A stretch of 63,732 nt of DNA, filler included, from Conidiobolus incongruus B7586 (Eukaryota): assembly GCA_000697335.1 (NCBI GenBank). It is 7 parts of 7 records of this genome, joined end to end, with 100 filler letters (N's around TTAATTAATTAA, not from the genome) between each part and the next. Parts side by side here need not be neighbours in the genome. Positions count along the whole stretch, not along the records: positions 1 to 16,929 come from JNEM01006343.1; 6 more parts are not named here. The stretch is one strand, 5' to 3'. Position numbers and translations under genes: made by a program. The notes beneath the pieces are model-generated. The model was not told the DNA's origin. It did no database searches and saw only the letters and a list, made by a program, of their open reading frames with translations. Below, one piece after another: positions 1-12,200 of this stretch; the first letter of the stretch is position 1; each line of letters opens with the position of its first letter.

Positions 1-168
1 AATTATTTTATAATTTTATTAATTAATTTAAGTGTAAACTTAAATATATATATATACAAAATACTTATATAACTAATATTAAAATATTTTAATAATTTTT
101 TAACTATAACAAGGTATTTTTTGATATATTTTTTGAAAAATTTTGATATTTATAAAAAACATTAATTG

Positions 169-2144
169 TGTTAAAAAACTAGTTCTTTAAATTTTTATAT
201 ATATTTCTATTATAGTTTAATTAACTATAAATTATATATTTAATTTATATTTTTATTACTAAATTAATTATATAAGTAGCATTAAATTATTTAATAAACT
301 AAGTTTTTTTTTCTTTCAATTCTTATTATTTTTTATCTTTTACACTACTTTTAAAATTGAAACTATATCCTATTAATATTATAATATATTAATACACTAA
401 CCCACAAAAGTAAATTATAAAATTAAAAACACTTATATTTTTACTAATAATTTAATTAATATTTAATAAAATAAATCTAAATTAAATAATTAAAATCTAT
501 TATATTTAATAATTATATATATCATTAAATAATGATATTTAGCTATTAATTAACTAAAATATAAACCTTTAAATTTTACCTAGGGTGAGTTATAAATTTG
601 TAGGTTTTTGGTGATAAAAAAAATTAAAACTTAATGTATTTATCTTTAGCTTTTTTAACCTTTTTAAGTTTGTAAAGTATAGAATCAATTAATTTCTTAT
701 ATTAAGAAGGGTTAATCTTGTTTTATATTTCTTAAATATATTTTTAAAGTTGATTTAAATTTTTAACTAGGGGGAAAGCTTTAATAACTTTTTTTAATTG
801 ATCTCAAAAGTATTCATTAAATTAAAGTTAAAAGATTAAAAAAGCTACTTTATAACTATTATCTTGTTATTTTTAAATTATTTGGTAGTAAAAGCTATAG
901 TATAACAAGAAACATTATCTTATTAGAAAATAATATTAGATTTATTTAACTTATATTATTCAATAGTTTTTTTTAATTTATTGTTTAAAATACTTTAGTA
1001 TATTTTAGTATTAATTCTTTTATTAACTTTACAAAGATACCTTACATTTAAAAACAACATATATTCTTAAATAATAATTAACCTACTATTATACTTTTAG
1101 GTAAAATTAACATAATAGTTATAAAGTAGTTTTGTATTTTTTTTAAAGTATCTAGTTTTTTTATTAGATCTACTAAAGTATATTTTTGTTTCATTAAACT
1201 AAATAACTTTACTCTAATTAGTTTTAGTTTAACATTAGTGATAATATTTAAACTCCTACCTAATTTTATAATGGGATTTCTTTAATTAAAAGTGTTTTTT
1301 CTTAAAGTATAAGTGGTATCTATGTTAACATAAAGTATATATAATAGTATTAGTGTTAACTAATATTTTTATATAGTTTTATAATTCCTGTTATATTTTT
1401 ATAATAGTACTATACTTGCTTATATTAACTAACCTATAGATATACTTCTTATCATGTTTATTTATAATTTTAATATACTTAAGTTTAAGTTTAAATGTTT
1501 CTTTATTGTTATTTTTAACAACTTTAGCTATAGTAGAATAGCTAACACTAGTAATTCTAACAATATTATAAGTTGATTTATCTTCTTTATAAAGTTAATT
1601 AATACACAAGTAGATTTTTTTAAAGAGGGATTTAAGTATAATAATACTAATAAAAAAAATTTAGTATATTTGTATAATATAATATAAAATAGTAACAAAA
1701 AGAGAAAAAAGATATGGTTATATATTGTTAAATATATCCCTTTATCTTAAAAACCCATAAATTTATAATTTACCTTGGTTAAATATTAAAGGTTAATATT
1801 TTTGCTAATAGTTTACTATATATATCTAAATATATTTATTTATCATTATATAATATACCTTAATTATATATTATAATTTTAAGTAATCTAATATATACAA
1901 TTGTTTTAGTTATTAATTAATATATATATATATATTTTTGATTTTATAACTCACTTTTGTAGGTTAGTGTACTACCTAATATAAATCTTAATATATTAGT
2001 GATTTATCTTAGTTTAAAACTTAATTAAACTTTGTTTACATTTATACACTACATTTTATATTACCTTATTATATTTTGTGCTATATTACTTTTAAATCAA
2101 GTTTTCCTCTATACTATGTTAATTTAACTACTACTATACTTATA
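169..2144. mobile_element. Solo LTR (about 400 bp), interrupted by a Tc1 element at 395-1969
   Basis: 169-394 plus 1970-2144 align end to end with the uninterrupted LTR at 49805-50204. It starts TGTTAA and ends CTTATA (CTTACA in the other copy). Flanks AATTG and AGTTA fit a 5-bp TSD AGTTG with one G>A change in each. Confidence 0.85.
395..1969 (-). mobile_element. Full-length but hypermutated Tc1-family (DD34E-type) transposon with IR/DR-type ends
   Basis: TA on both flanks (393-394, 1970-1971). Terminal inverted repeat CACTAACCCACAAAAGTAAATTATAAAATTAAAAA matches the reverse complement of about 1935-1969. A second inner inverted repeat lies at about 555-620 and 1740-1803. Minus-strand relic transposase at about 1640-650 reads *SKVI*FNETKI (WxKVIWSDETKI), KYNSRLIII*EYM (KHGGGSIMIWGCM), F**DNVSCYT (FQQDNAPCHT) and *LF*SFNFNL..EYF*DQLK (WPPQSPDLNPIEHLWDQLK). 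Confidence 0.9.
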
Positions 2145-3377
2145 AGTTAAAATTAGTTTTTTAAATTTGAAAAAATTTAAAATAATTTGTCTCTTAGCTT
2201 TAAGGTAATTTATTTAACAATTGATGGTTAATTTAAGTAATGCTTTATTATTAAAAGCTGCTTGTAAAGCTTAAATAATTTTTAAGAGTTTATGGTTAAG
2301 TTATATTAAAATTAAAGAACTTTTGATGATCACTATTTGATTTAAACATAATTAATTTTAACAACAGATTTTAAAAAGTAATTTTTTTAATCAAAAAAGC
2401 TATTATATATATATAATTTAAAACTGAATATTTTCTTATTTGATTTATATATATTTTATTATTTAAAATTAATAATATGTTTAAAAAATATGAAATTGAA
2501 TTTTTTTTCAAATATAAGGTAATTGATTGTGTTTATAACAAAATAAAATTGATGTTAAGATTTAAAAATCATTTCTTAAAGTATTTATATCAGAAATATA
2601 ATAATTTGATAGAATAAACTATATAATATCTGAATTTTAAGAATTCAAACACATATATTCGTATTAATGATAAGATCTTAATATACAAATTGTGAAGAAT
2701 AAACAGTTGAAATTAATATTAATGGACTGCTAAAAATACAAGTACTATTTTGCTTGACTATATCAAAGATATATATTATTTCATTGGAAATGATCAATTA
2801 TTAGTTATTATGATAATAACTAGTTTGAATAATATTAATTATTTTTTGTATTATTATAAATGTTATTCAACAATATAAATGAAAATTGATAATATAGTTT
2901 ATAGGGTTTGTTATAATAATATCATAAATTTAATGAATTTTTGAAATAAACTTACATTTTATAATATATGTTGTTATAATTATTTATATTTTTATAGAAT
3001 TTATATTTTAAATTATATCTTTAGCGAGGGATGGACTATATAAATTATAACCCAAGATTACAATGATGAAGAAAATTTTGAGGTTAAGATTCAATCATCA
3101 CATTGATATCGTATTACAAGTATATTTCAGTTAAATATAAAGTATAGATTATATTTAAATATAATAAATAAAAATCAGAGCTGGATTTATTTTCTTTTCA
3201 TATATTTATAAAGATCAAGATAATATATTATCATGAATGAGTAGATAAATTATTATAATTTTAAGCAAAAAATTGGTAATTTAAATTTTATTATTAATTT
3301 TTGATATTTAAAAACTAATGAAATTATCATTTCAATTAAAATTTATCAAAAAATTATTCGTTAATATTTCATTTTAT

Positions 3378-3867
3378 TCACTCCTTAAAATTTAAATAAA
3401 TACTAATCACACAGTGACGTTCGTCAGTAGGTGTATCAAAACCCTCACCTTGGAAGACGTGACCCAGATGACCATCACAATTGGAACAAGTAATTTCTAT
3501 ACTTTTCATTCCAAGATTGTTATCTTCGTGTCTTTTGATAGCACCTAAAATTTTAAAAAGCAAGTAATATAAAAAATATATTTATAAAAAAATTAATTAC
3601 CTGGAATAGCATCAAAAATGCTGGCCAGCCACAGCCACTATCGAATTTAGTACTAGATTTATATAAAGGTGCGTCACAACCAGCGCAAGTGTGAACACCT
3701 AAATTCGTTAATTATTCGCAAATCAGAGATATAAATTTATTTACCGTCTTCCTTATGTTTATTATAGTTCCCAGTACCTGTCTTTCAGTACCCTTCTGAC
3801 GAAGTACGTAAAATTGCTCAGGCGATAAGATAGCTCTCCATTTTTGTTCACTTTTGTTGACTGTCAT
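3378..3867 (-). pseudogene. msrB: Methionine-R-sulfoxide reductase MsrB (Mxr2-like), 3 exons, apparently disrupted
   Basis: Exons 3867-3745, 3698-3601 and 3544-3378 with GT-AG introns of 46 and 56 nt. Motifs [49 protein letters not shown] and ERHCV. Two single-base deficits are needed to keep frame (about 3780 and the A5 run at 3614-3618). Conserved RHCVNS reads RHCVIS. Confidence 0.8.
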
Positions 3868-4907
3868 GGTAACGGTACTAGTGTTCAAATATTGTTTAAA
3901 TTGATGAAAGTAGCTGGGTTTGGCTGATGTGTGTATATTGATTTGTATTTAAGAGTTAATAATTGATCTATAATTCATTATATTTAGATGAAGAACAGTT
4001 TAAACTGTTCACATTTACTAACCTTATTGATCAATTTGAATTTAAATCTGAAGAAAATCCGCACTAAATTGAAAAGATGGTATAAAAGAAAAATGTCAAA
4101 ATGTTATCAGTTGATGATACTTTTAATCATGAATTTTCCTTTATATTTTTATCGTTAAATCCCTAGTAACATAACATAATTTCAGAAATACAGCATTGCA
4201 TTATTCTAGCTAATCTTGGCAATTTTTAAAAATTGTTAACTATGTATTTAGTTTTAAACAAAGGGTTAGTTGATTCTATCTGATCATCAAAATAAGAAAA
4301 TTGTATTAATACTAAAATAGATATTAAGATTGGGTGAAATATTATTACTGCTTTTAGAAAATAATCTGGGCTTTTCTAACACGAATTTTGTTTAAGGTTT
4401 AATAGAAATTTTGAATTTTGTTGATGACATTATTCAATTTATCTGGACTGGATAAGATACAGTTTCCTAGTTCCGATATTATATGATTTTGATTGATCTT
4501 AGTAACAAGGACTTGATATTATTTAATTTGGAATGCACTTTTATAATTCAAACTTCGTTAAACTATTATGTTTCACAATTTTGTATTTCAATTTAAAAAT
4601 TGTAATTCAATTCACAATTTTAATAACACTTATCGAAATAAATATTCAAAAACGAGATAGTTGATTTTCTATAGATCAAATTATGTTTGGGAATGCAGTA
4701 TAATAAAGTATATTGAAAATATCTTATAATAAAAGGTTGACCAATTAATAGTTTAAAAACAACCAGTCTATTTATAATATAGAATTTTTCAAAATTTACG
4801 TATTTTTAGGGATAGCTTATTTATAATTTTATATTATTAAAGTACTATGGGTATTTTTATTGATTAAAGCAATAATTATATGGTTAGTAATAAGTTCTTT
4901 CAAATCT

Positions 4908-5898
4908 TTAACCAGGAGGCAACATAGATGCATCAACACCAGCGCCTTCATTCTCTTCTTTACCTTCTTCATGATGGTGAGGAATGGATCTTGGGATAGC
5001 CATAGCACCAGTTCTTGCAACTTCTAAAATACCGTATGGACGAAGTAAATCCATAAAAGCATCCACTCTTGAAGATTTGGCGGCTAATTCTATCACAATA
5101 GACTCAGGACTTACATCGATGACTTTACCTTGAAATAATTGGGTTAACTGGGTTAATCCTGTGAGTGCATTTTGAGCAAAGGTCAAAGAGGTAAGTTTAG
5201 AATCAAGAGACTAGTTAAAAAACTGAGATTAGTACTATATTCATTAATTTTAGTTAATTATACTAACTTTTTCGTGATCAAGATGGTCATTAATAGCTAA
5301 ATTTGGATCAGGACCAACTAATGATACTTTAACCAAGCAGAGTTCTCTTTCAATTAATGGTGTTTTTGAGTAATCTAATACTGCCCAGACAGGTGTCAAA
5401 TCCTGAAGCTGCTTTATTGCTTGTTCTACAACAGAACGATCTTCCCTAACGACCAAAGTCATTCTGGAAAGACTGGGAACCTCAGTAGCAGCAGTAACAA
5501 CTGAGTCAATATTAAAATTACGAGCGGAAAGGACTCCAGAAACACGTGATAAAACACCTGGTTCGTTTTGGACGAGACAGCTAATTACATGACGAGAAGG
5601 AGGGTTGGTAGGAGGGCTTGGTGTATTATATATAATATTTGTTACAGCTTCTTCTGGACTAACAGGAGGTGGATATTTCCTAGTTTTAGGTTTTCTTCGT
5701 TTGATAACTGGTGTTTCTTCAATAGGTGGTTTTGTGCTCTTTGAGTAGGACCTTATAGGCTCAGAATAAGTAGCAATGATCTAAAGCCAAATTAATACAA
5801 GGAGTATTTGTTTAATTAACTAGCTTTACCTTTGAAATAGAGTAATATGAAATACGTTTCACAGATTGTGAAGGGACTTTCGATAATGGAGACCACAT
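4908..5898 (-). CDS. ILV6: Acetolactate synthase regulatory (small) subunit, mitochondrial, about 294 aa, 3 exons
   Basis: Exons 5898-5830, 5780-5268 and 5210-4908 splice in frame. ACT-domain motif HVISCLVQNEPGVLSRVSGVLSARNFNIDS, plus ERELCLVKVS and GILEVARTG. C-terminal LPPG is typical of fungal Ilv6. The N-terminus is Ser/basic-rich like a presequence. Confidence 0.96.
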
Positions 5899-6912
5899 TC
5901 CCAATCACTTTTTTTAATTACAGTATATAAATTTTTATAAATTAATTATAATTATTAGTTCTTCAATTTTATATTTGATGAAGTTGATGATTGATTGTAA
6001 TTTTATAAATCTTGAGTATACTTAAGTATCCAATTGATTTATATATTCATCCCTGTAACAAATCCAAATTGTGGCTTCTTGAAATATAATAATTATTTGA
6101 CTCAAAATAACATTAAGTCAGGGTTACTCATGAATCATATGACTGGGTCAGTATTATGACCCAAAAAGGAAATTCTCACCATCATATGAAAATAAACGGT
6201 AATCATCTTTTAAATTTGCCTATCTCAATAAAAATCTATAGAAAGTTGGGTAAAATGACTCAGGATGATGAGTAAGCTAGATTATTCTGTCTAATTAATT
6301 TTACAAGTTCCACAATGCTATTTTCAAGTTTAGTCAACAAGTCATAAGGAATATTTTCATGTATATTTAATTTAGATAAATAAATGATATTATCAAATCA
6401 TTATATCAGTTAAACTATGGTATTATTAATATAGTGGCTATACTTAATACTTACAGTATATGGGTTGAGATTTTAATAACTATCGGTATCATTGCTAGGC
6501 TAAATATTATTTCATAATGTGAGGTGATATAGTGGTATAAAATGTTACTAAACTGTTGATAAAATGTTGGGTGGAAACTGCTGGATTGTTAACATTGGAT
6601 TAGTTGATAATAATCAGTTCATCAATATGAGTCATCTTATCTCTGGATTAAATCTGATGGTGATATGGTATTTAATTGGCAATACGGACCCTTCCATCCA
6701 ATCAGGATCCTCAATTCTGTCTAAAATCACATGAATACCAAAAATACACTCAATCAAATTAGACTGACGTGAGCGGACCTGAATGCAAGGGTGGATAAAT
6801 GATTCAGATAATATAAATACTGAACCCTTCTCTACTTGAAACAAGACAAATTTCGCAAAGAAAAAAATTATTATACTTTGATTAATATTATATTTTAAAT
6901 ATATCAGTCACA
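5899..6912. promoter_or_regulatory. Bidirectional ILV6/ILV5 promoter with clustered Gcn4/CpcA-type sites
   Basis: TGACTCA at 6098-6104 and 6256-6262, and a perfect ATGAGTCAT at 6627-6635. Near-matches TTACTCA (6124), TGAATCA (6131) and TGAGTAA (6269). TATAAATA lies about 100 nt upstream of the ILV5 ATG. Confidence 0.75.
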
Positions 6913-8202
6913 ATGTTGAGAGGATCAGCTCGTTTTGCTCGCACTTTGATCAGAACTTCTCGTTCTCTACAAGCTTCATCAAGCTCTAACATGCTTGGCA
7001 TGATTGCCCCAGTTGTCCAATCTTCTCCCAGCCTTGTTCAGGTAACTATTTTTAATAGTTTTATTTTTTTTTAATGATTTTATTTCGTTATCATGATACT
7101 CTTCTTCACTCACTTAGCTCAATACTTATCTCTATTCTTTATATAGATCAGAGGAAAGAAAACTCTTGATTTTGGAGGTACCAAAGAAGTCGTTTGGGAA
7201 CGCTCTGACTTTCCCAAAGAAAAGATCCAACAATTGTTTAAAGGTGAACAAATTGCTGTTATTGGTTATGGTCCCCAAGGTCGTGCTCAAAGTTTGAACA
7301 TGAAAGATAATGGCTTGGATGTCATTGTTGGTGTTCGCAAGGGTGGCAGATCCTGGAATCAAGCTGTTGAAGAAGGTTGGGTTCCTGGAAAAACCCTTTT
7401 CGAAATTGACGAAGCTACCGCCAAAGGTAATGTTGTCTTCAACTTGCTCTCAGATGCCGCTCAAAAAGAGCTCTGGCCTGTCATGAAGCCTCATATCACT
7501 AAGGGCAAGACTCTTGTTTTCAGTCATGGTTTCTCTATCGTTTATAAAGAAGATACCCATGTTATCCCTCCCTCTGATGTTGATGTCATCTTGATTGCTC
7601 CTAAAGGTTCTGGTTACACTGTCCGTGACTTATTCCTGAATGGTAAAGGTATCAATTCCTCTATTGCCGTCTACCAAGATGCCTCTGGAAAGGCTGAAGA
7701 ACGCACCTTGGCTTTGGGTGTTGCTGTTGGTAGTGGTTACCTCTACGAAACAACATTTAAGAAAGAAGTATACTCAGATTTGACTGGTGAACGTGGTTGT
7801 CTCATGGGTGGTATCTACGGTTTGTTCAAGGCTCAATACGAAGTTCTCCGTGCTAAGGGTCACACTCCTTCTGAAGCCTTCAACGAAACTGTTGAAGAAG
7901 CCACTCAGTCTCTTTACCCCTTGATTGGTGCCAATGGTATGGACTGGATGTATGCCAACTGCTCTACCACTGCTCAAAGAGGTGCTCTCGATTGGTATCC
8001 CAAGTTCTATGAAGCCACAAAACCCATTATTGAACAAATCTACGCTGAAGTTGAAAACGGTAACGAAACACGCCGTTCTTTGACAAAGAACTCTGAAGTC
8101 GACTATAGAGAAAAGTTGGAAGCTGAGCTCAAAGAAATCAGAGAATCTGAATTGTGGAAGGCTGGTAAAACTGTCAGATCTCTCAGACCTGAAAACAACT
8201 GA
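6913..8202 (+). CDS. ILV5: Ketol-acid reductoisomerase, mitochondrial, about 394 aa, 2 exons
   Basis: Exon 6913-7041 (MLRGSARFARTLIRTSRS presequence), intron 7042-7146, exon 7147-8202. Motifs IGYGPQGRAQSLN, FSHGF, IAPKGSG, SDLTGERGCLMG and CSTTAQRGA. Strong codon bias of a highly expressed gene. Confidence 0.98.
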
Positions 8203-9019
8203 ATTTCTGCTAATGCAATGACTAACTGCAATTAACTCAATTGAATATTATTTCTTCATATTGTCAAATAATAATACATATTTTTAAAATATTACATATA
8301 TATTTTTATATTTTATTCTCTTAATTTACTATATCATCAACACTAATTGAATTCATTTAACATTTTTCATCTGATGATCTTGTATCAATATTAGATCATG
8401 ATAATATTAAAGGCAGGAGTCAACTATCACATGACTACATTATCCATTTCATCTTGATCACTTAATCCATATGGCTACATCATTATATATATGCTGGTAT
8501 TATCTTTCAAGATACCATAACATCTTAAAAATCAACCCTTTTAAAGTTTAATTTATTTCATGCCACTAATAAACAAAAAATATACTGTTTTGAAATAATA
8601 AATGAAAAAGAAAATTTTAAGTGAAAGTAATTATCACTACTTTATCAATATTTACTCTCTAAAGAGCAGTTTATTATTTATCTATTAATTTAATATACTA
8701 TATAATGATTATACAAATGAAAATTTGATCAATGTAAAGATATATAATAAACAGTAATATATATTTGATAAATCAATTAAAATTATCATAAAATGAATAT
8801 TCAAAGTTTGAAAAATCAATTGATTATAATTTTAAGCAATAATTTTTTAATTATAGTTTCTTTACAGTTAATATATAATTTGTATAATTTGAGTATTATT
8901 ATATTTAAATTGAAATAAAATTTGATAATTTTATATAAATTTTATTGAATATAATTCAATAAAAATAACAAATTATTGAATATTGAATATGAGATATAAT
9001 CTTTACTATTAAAAAATTT

Positions 9020-9220
9020 TTAATAAAGATACTGAGGAGTAGAAAAATACTGTTTGGGGGATGGTTTAATACTTAAGTTTACTTTTTTGCTTTGATCTTG
9101 TCCCAAATTAACATTGGTATCTGGGGAATAAAGTCGACTACTAACATTTCCAGCAATATTCACAGTATAAGGTATACCAAATACTTGTAATGGAAGTATA
9201 ATAAAGAATAATGGATTCAT
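9020..9220 (-). CDS. Possible small secreted peptide, 66 aa
   Basis: ATG at 9220 gives MNPLFFIILPLQVFG-IPYTVNIAGNV..., with a hydrophobic signal-like start and VFG cleavage. Locally higher GC than the flanks. No recognisable family. Confidence 0.4.
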   Translation of the reverse strand: MNPLFFIILPLQVFGIPYTVNIAGNVSSRLYSPDTNVNLGQDQSKKVNLSIKPSPKQYFSTPQYLY

Positions 9221-12200
9221 AATAAACGACACTATTAATATTCAGCAGTAATATTAGATATTAATATATTTCGGTCATTCTTTGATTTCGATTTATATAC
9301 TTTTTTAGAATAATATAAATGACTCAATTTGATATACTTATATTGAATGAAATTAATTTGAATTAATATTTCAAACAAACTATACCTATAATAAACTTTA
9401 CATTATATAATTTAAAAAATTCGAAATTGAATATATCTAAAGTGTATTAAAATGGTTTATATATTGAAATTAATTTCAATTCGATTTATCATTATAATTA
9501 TATTATATTATATTAATTATATTTCTGATTATATAAACTATATATAACAATGAATCTAATAAAATATATTAATAATTATATAATATAATTTCATTTATTA
9601 GCTTATTTGAAGCATATATATTAATATTATTTATTATGAAATATTTGAATATATTATTTATATATTAATCAATGCTGTTATAAAATAAGTAGTTTTTCTA
9701 GTTGTTTTTAAATTGATAAAAATCTACAGAATTAGTGGGAAATAATGAACAATTAAATATTCTCTTCAAACACATCACATATGATTAATGAATCAAAATT
9801 AAAATCATAAATGTGATTCTTTTTCCTTTATAACAATAAATATCCGAAATTTTGTTATTCTGTAGTTTGTTAAATATATTTTAGTTAAGTTATGAATAAT
9901 AGCAATATATCTAAATGAAATAAATTAAAAGTTTAATAAAATTTTTCAAAATTTGAACTACAATTATGATTTAATTCAATTTGTGTATTTAGCAATTCTT
10001 ATGTTATGGAAAATAAATCATATTAAATATATAATTTGTATATTTATCCTGTTGAATAAGCTATATTATACATATATATTATAAAATGAAGATAACATAT
10101 TATATGTAATACTAAATATTTATGATATAATGAATCTATATTTCTTGATTATATCTAATTTCAAATCTAGTTTACATTAAATTGAAATTTATTGAGCTTT
10201 AAATATGGATATAATTATTCAAAATATGGAAAAACATATTAGTTCAATTGTTAGTAATGACATTCATTGATACAATATTAGTTTTTTTTAGTATTAAAAA
10301 TATTTATAACAAATTTATTACTTTATTTGATTTCATTTTATCAAATCTCTAATCAAAAAAATACACATTATTCTTCTTACAGTCTCTATATTCCGTGTTC
10401 TTTTCATCCATTAATACGAAAGACAAAAACGTCTACTCGAAATAGATTTTTTCATTAAATAATACTAAAAAAATGTTATAATGAATTATACTGTTAGATT
10501 TTTCTATTTTAATAATAATAAAATATATTTTAAAAAATTTATACAAATTCAATTGTTGCTCAATTTTTTTGTAATTTTTCGAATATAATTTACAATATTA
10601 TATAACTAGTTAATTTATATACACTTTTATAGAAATTAGATATTCTGTGGAATATGGTTATAGAAGAAAGCATAAAGATCAATTCAGTTATAATTTTATA
10701 ATACTAAATTTTTAGACATATTCTTCCGTATTTCTAAAATTTTTTAATTAAAATTAGTAGAGTATATAAATCAGAAGAATAGTCTTATCAAATGATGTAT
10801 ATGATGCTCTTAGTTTTATTTGTTATTTAAGTTTTAATCACAATTGTAAGACCAGGAATACGTTATGAATTCAATCTTATGCTATGATCACATTATGTAA
10901 ATAAAAATTGAATCATGATTGGAGAAATTGATTTAAAAACAGTTTGCAGAATCATTACTCTGGTATGGATAAATCATATGGAAATAGACAGCAATATTAA
11001 ACTTGAAGCGGTAAAATAGATATCACAAAATAGTCCATAATATAATATTAAAGTATTATCGTTGGGTCACATAATGTGGATTTTCTAGAAATTGAGGTAA
11101 TATCGGGTATCATACGGTGTATACTATCGATTTTATAACGAAATTGGATAAAAATTATTAATATAGAATAGAAAATTGTTTTGAACTAAATATTCCAAAC
11201 TTTATGAACATTTATAAAAATAATATTTGAATTATTATTTATTTTATATGAATAATGTTAAAAATAAATGGAGTTTTATATGATAAAATAAACACTTTTA
11301 TGGTTTTGAAATGAGATTTAATATTGGATTAATTCCAAAGTATAGTTTATAAAAGTTATTATGTAATTAAAATCTAGTAAATAATTGAATATACTCAACT
11401 ATTAAAGGATAATGATATTATTTCAAACGAATGTCGTTTTCCTTCGATATATTTATAATTTTGAATCAAATTATATAACTATGATTCCCATAAAATTTTG
11501 TTAAATTTGTAAAGGGGAATTTTACAAAATTACTATCAGAATCATCACTTTGCTGAACTACTTGAATTAGCAATATTTCTTACTATGAATCCAGGGTTGC
11601 TAAGAGCCGTCAATTACCTATGGTACCTAGTAATGTTCTCAATGAATCTATGAAAAACTAGCAGCTATATACTCTAGTGCTGCTCAATATTCAATTGTAC
11701 ATCAACTATATTATGATCAATATATCCAATATTCACTATTAGGCTAGTAAATTGATACTTATCTAAATTAAATATGTCGAAGTACTATGGTAGTTTACCT
11801 TGTATAAATTTATTTATTAACTTTAAGTTTGATTTTCTGCAAACTGTTTGTTAAATTTTAGGTAGTTTGGAATGGTAATAATCTAGCAAAAATAAATCAA
11901 TTTCAAAAGAGAATTAATATTTAATATTTAATATCAATAAATTATTATTTAAATTCTATTTTGGATGACAAATATAATCCATAATTTGAATTAATACCTT
12001 AGAAATATTTTCTCACAATTTATCTGATAAAGACAAACAATCATTTATTGCTTTATATCAAATAATTAAAATATTATCAGATGGATGAATAAAATTAAAA
12101 CAAGTATGACTGTGCTTTACATCTGATAAAACATTAACTCATTTTTAAATTTAATTATAAAAATTAAACACCTTATAGTATTGAAGAATTCTGAGATATT

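Larger units (their letters stand above)
1..2522 (-). mobile_element. Decayed mariner-family DNA transposon (5' part), split by a solo LTR insertion at 169-2144
   Basis: Segments 1-168 and 2145-2522 are collinear with 37370-37928 of the full mariner copy. The minus strand near 2350-2200 reads MFKSNSDHQK...LNHKLLKII*ALQAAFNNKAL, homologous to the intact N-terminus at 38140. TIR-like end TTCAAATATAAGGTAA ends at 2522. Confidence 0.75.

Noticed and set aside
6632..6844. 70-aa ORF in the ILV6/ILV5 spacer
   Set aside because: Non-ATG start, no family resemblance, and it overlaps the ILV5 core promoter.
7042..7146. Unusually long ILV5 intron as a TPP riboswitch or snoRNA host
   Set aside because: No CUGAGA riboswitch core, no C/D box pair and no evident stems; it is simply U-rich.
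7132..8037. Antisense or alternate-frame ORFs over real genes (also 4829, 12687, 30086, 44886, 46974, 47072, 51206, 56240, 60948)
   Set aside because: These are shadows of codon-biased coding sequence on the other strand or frame.
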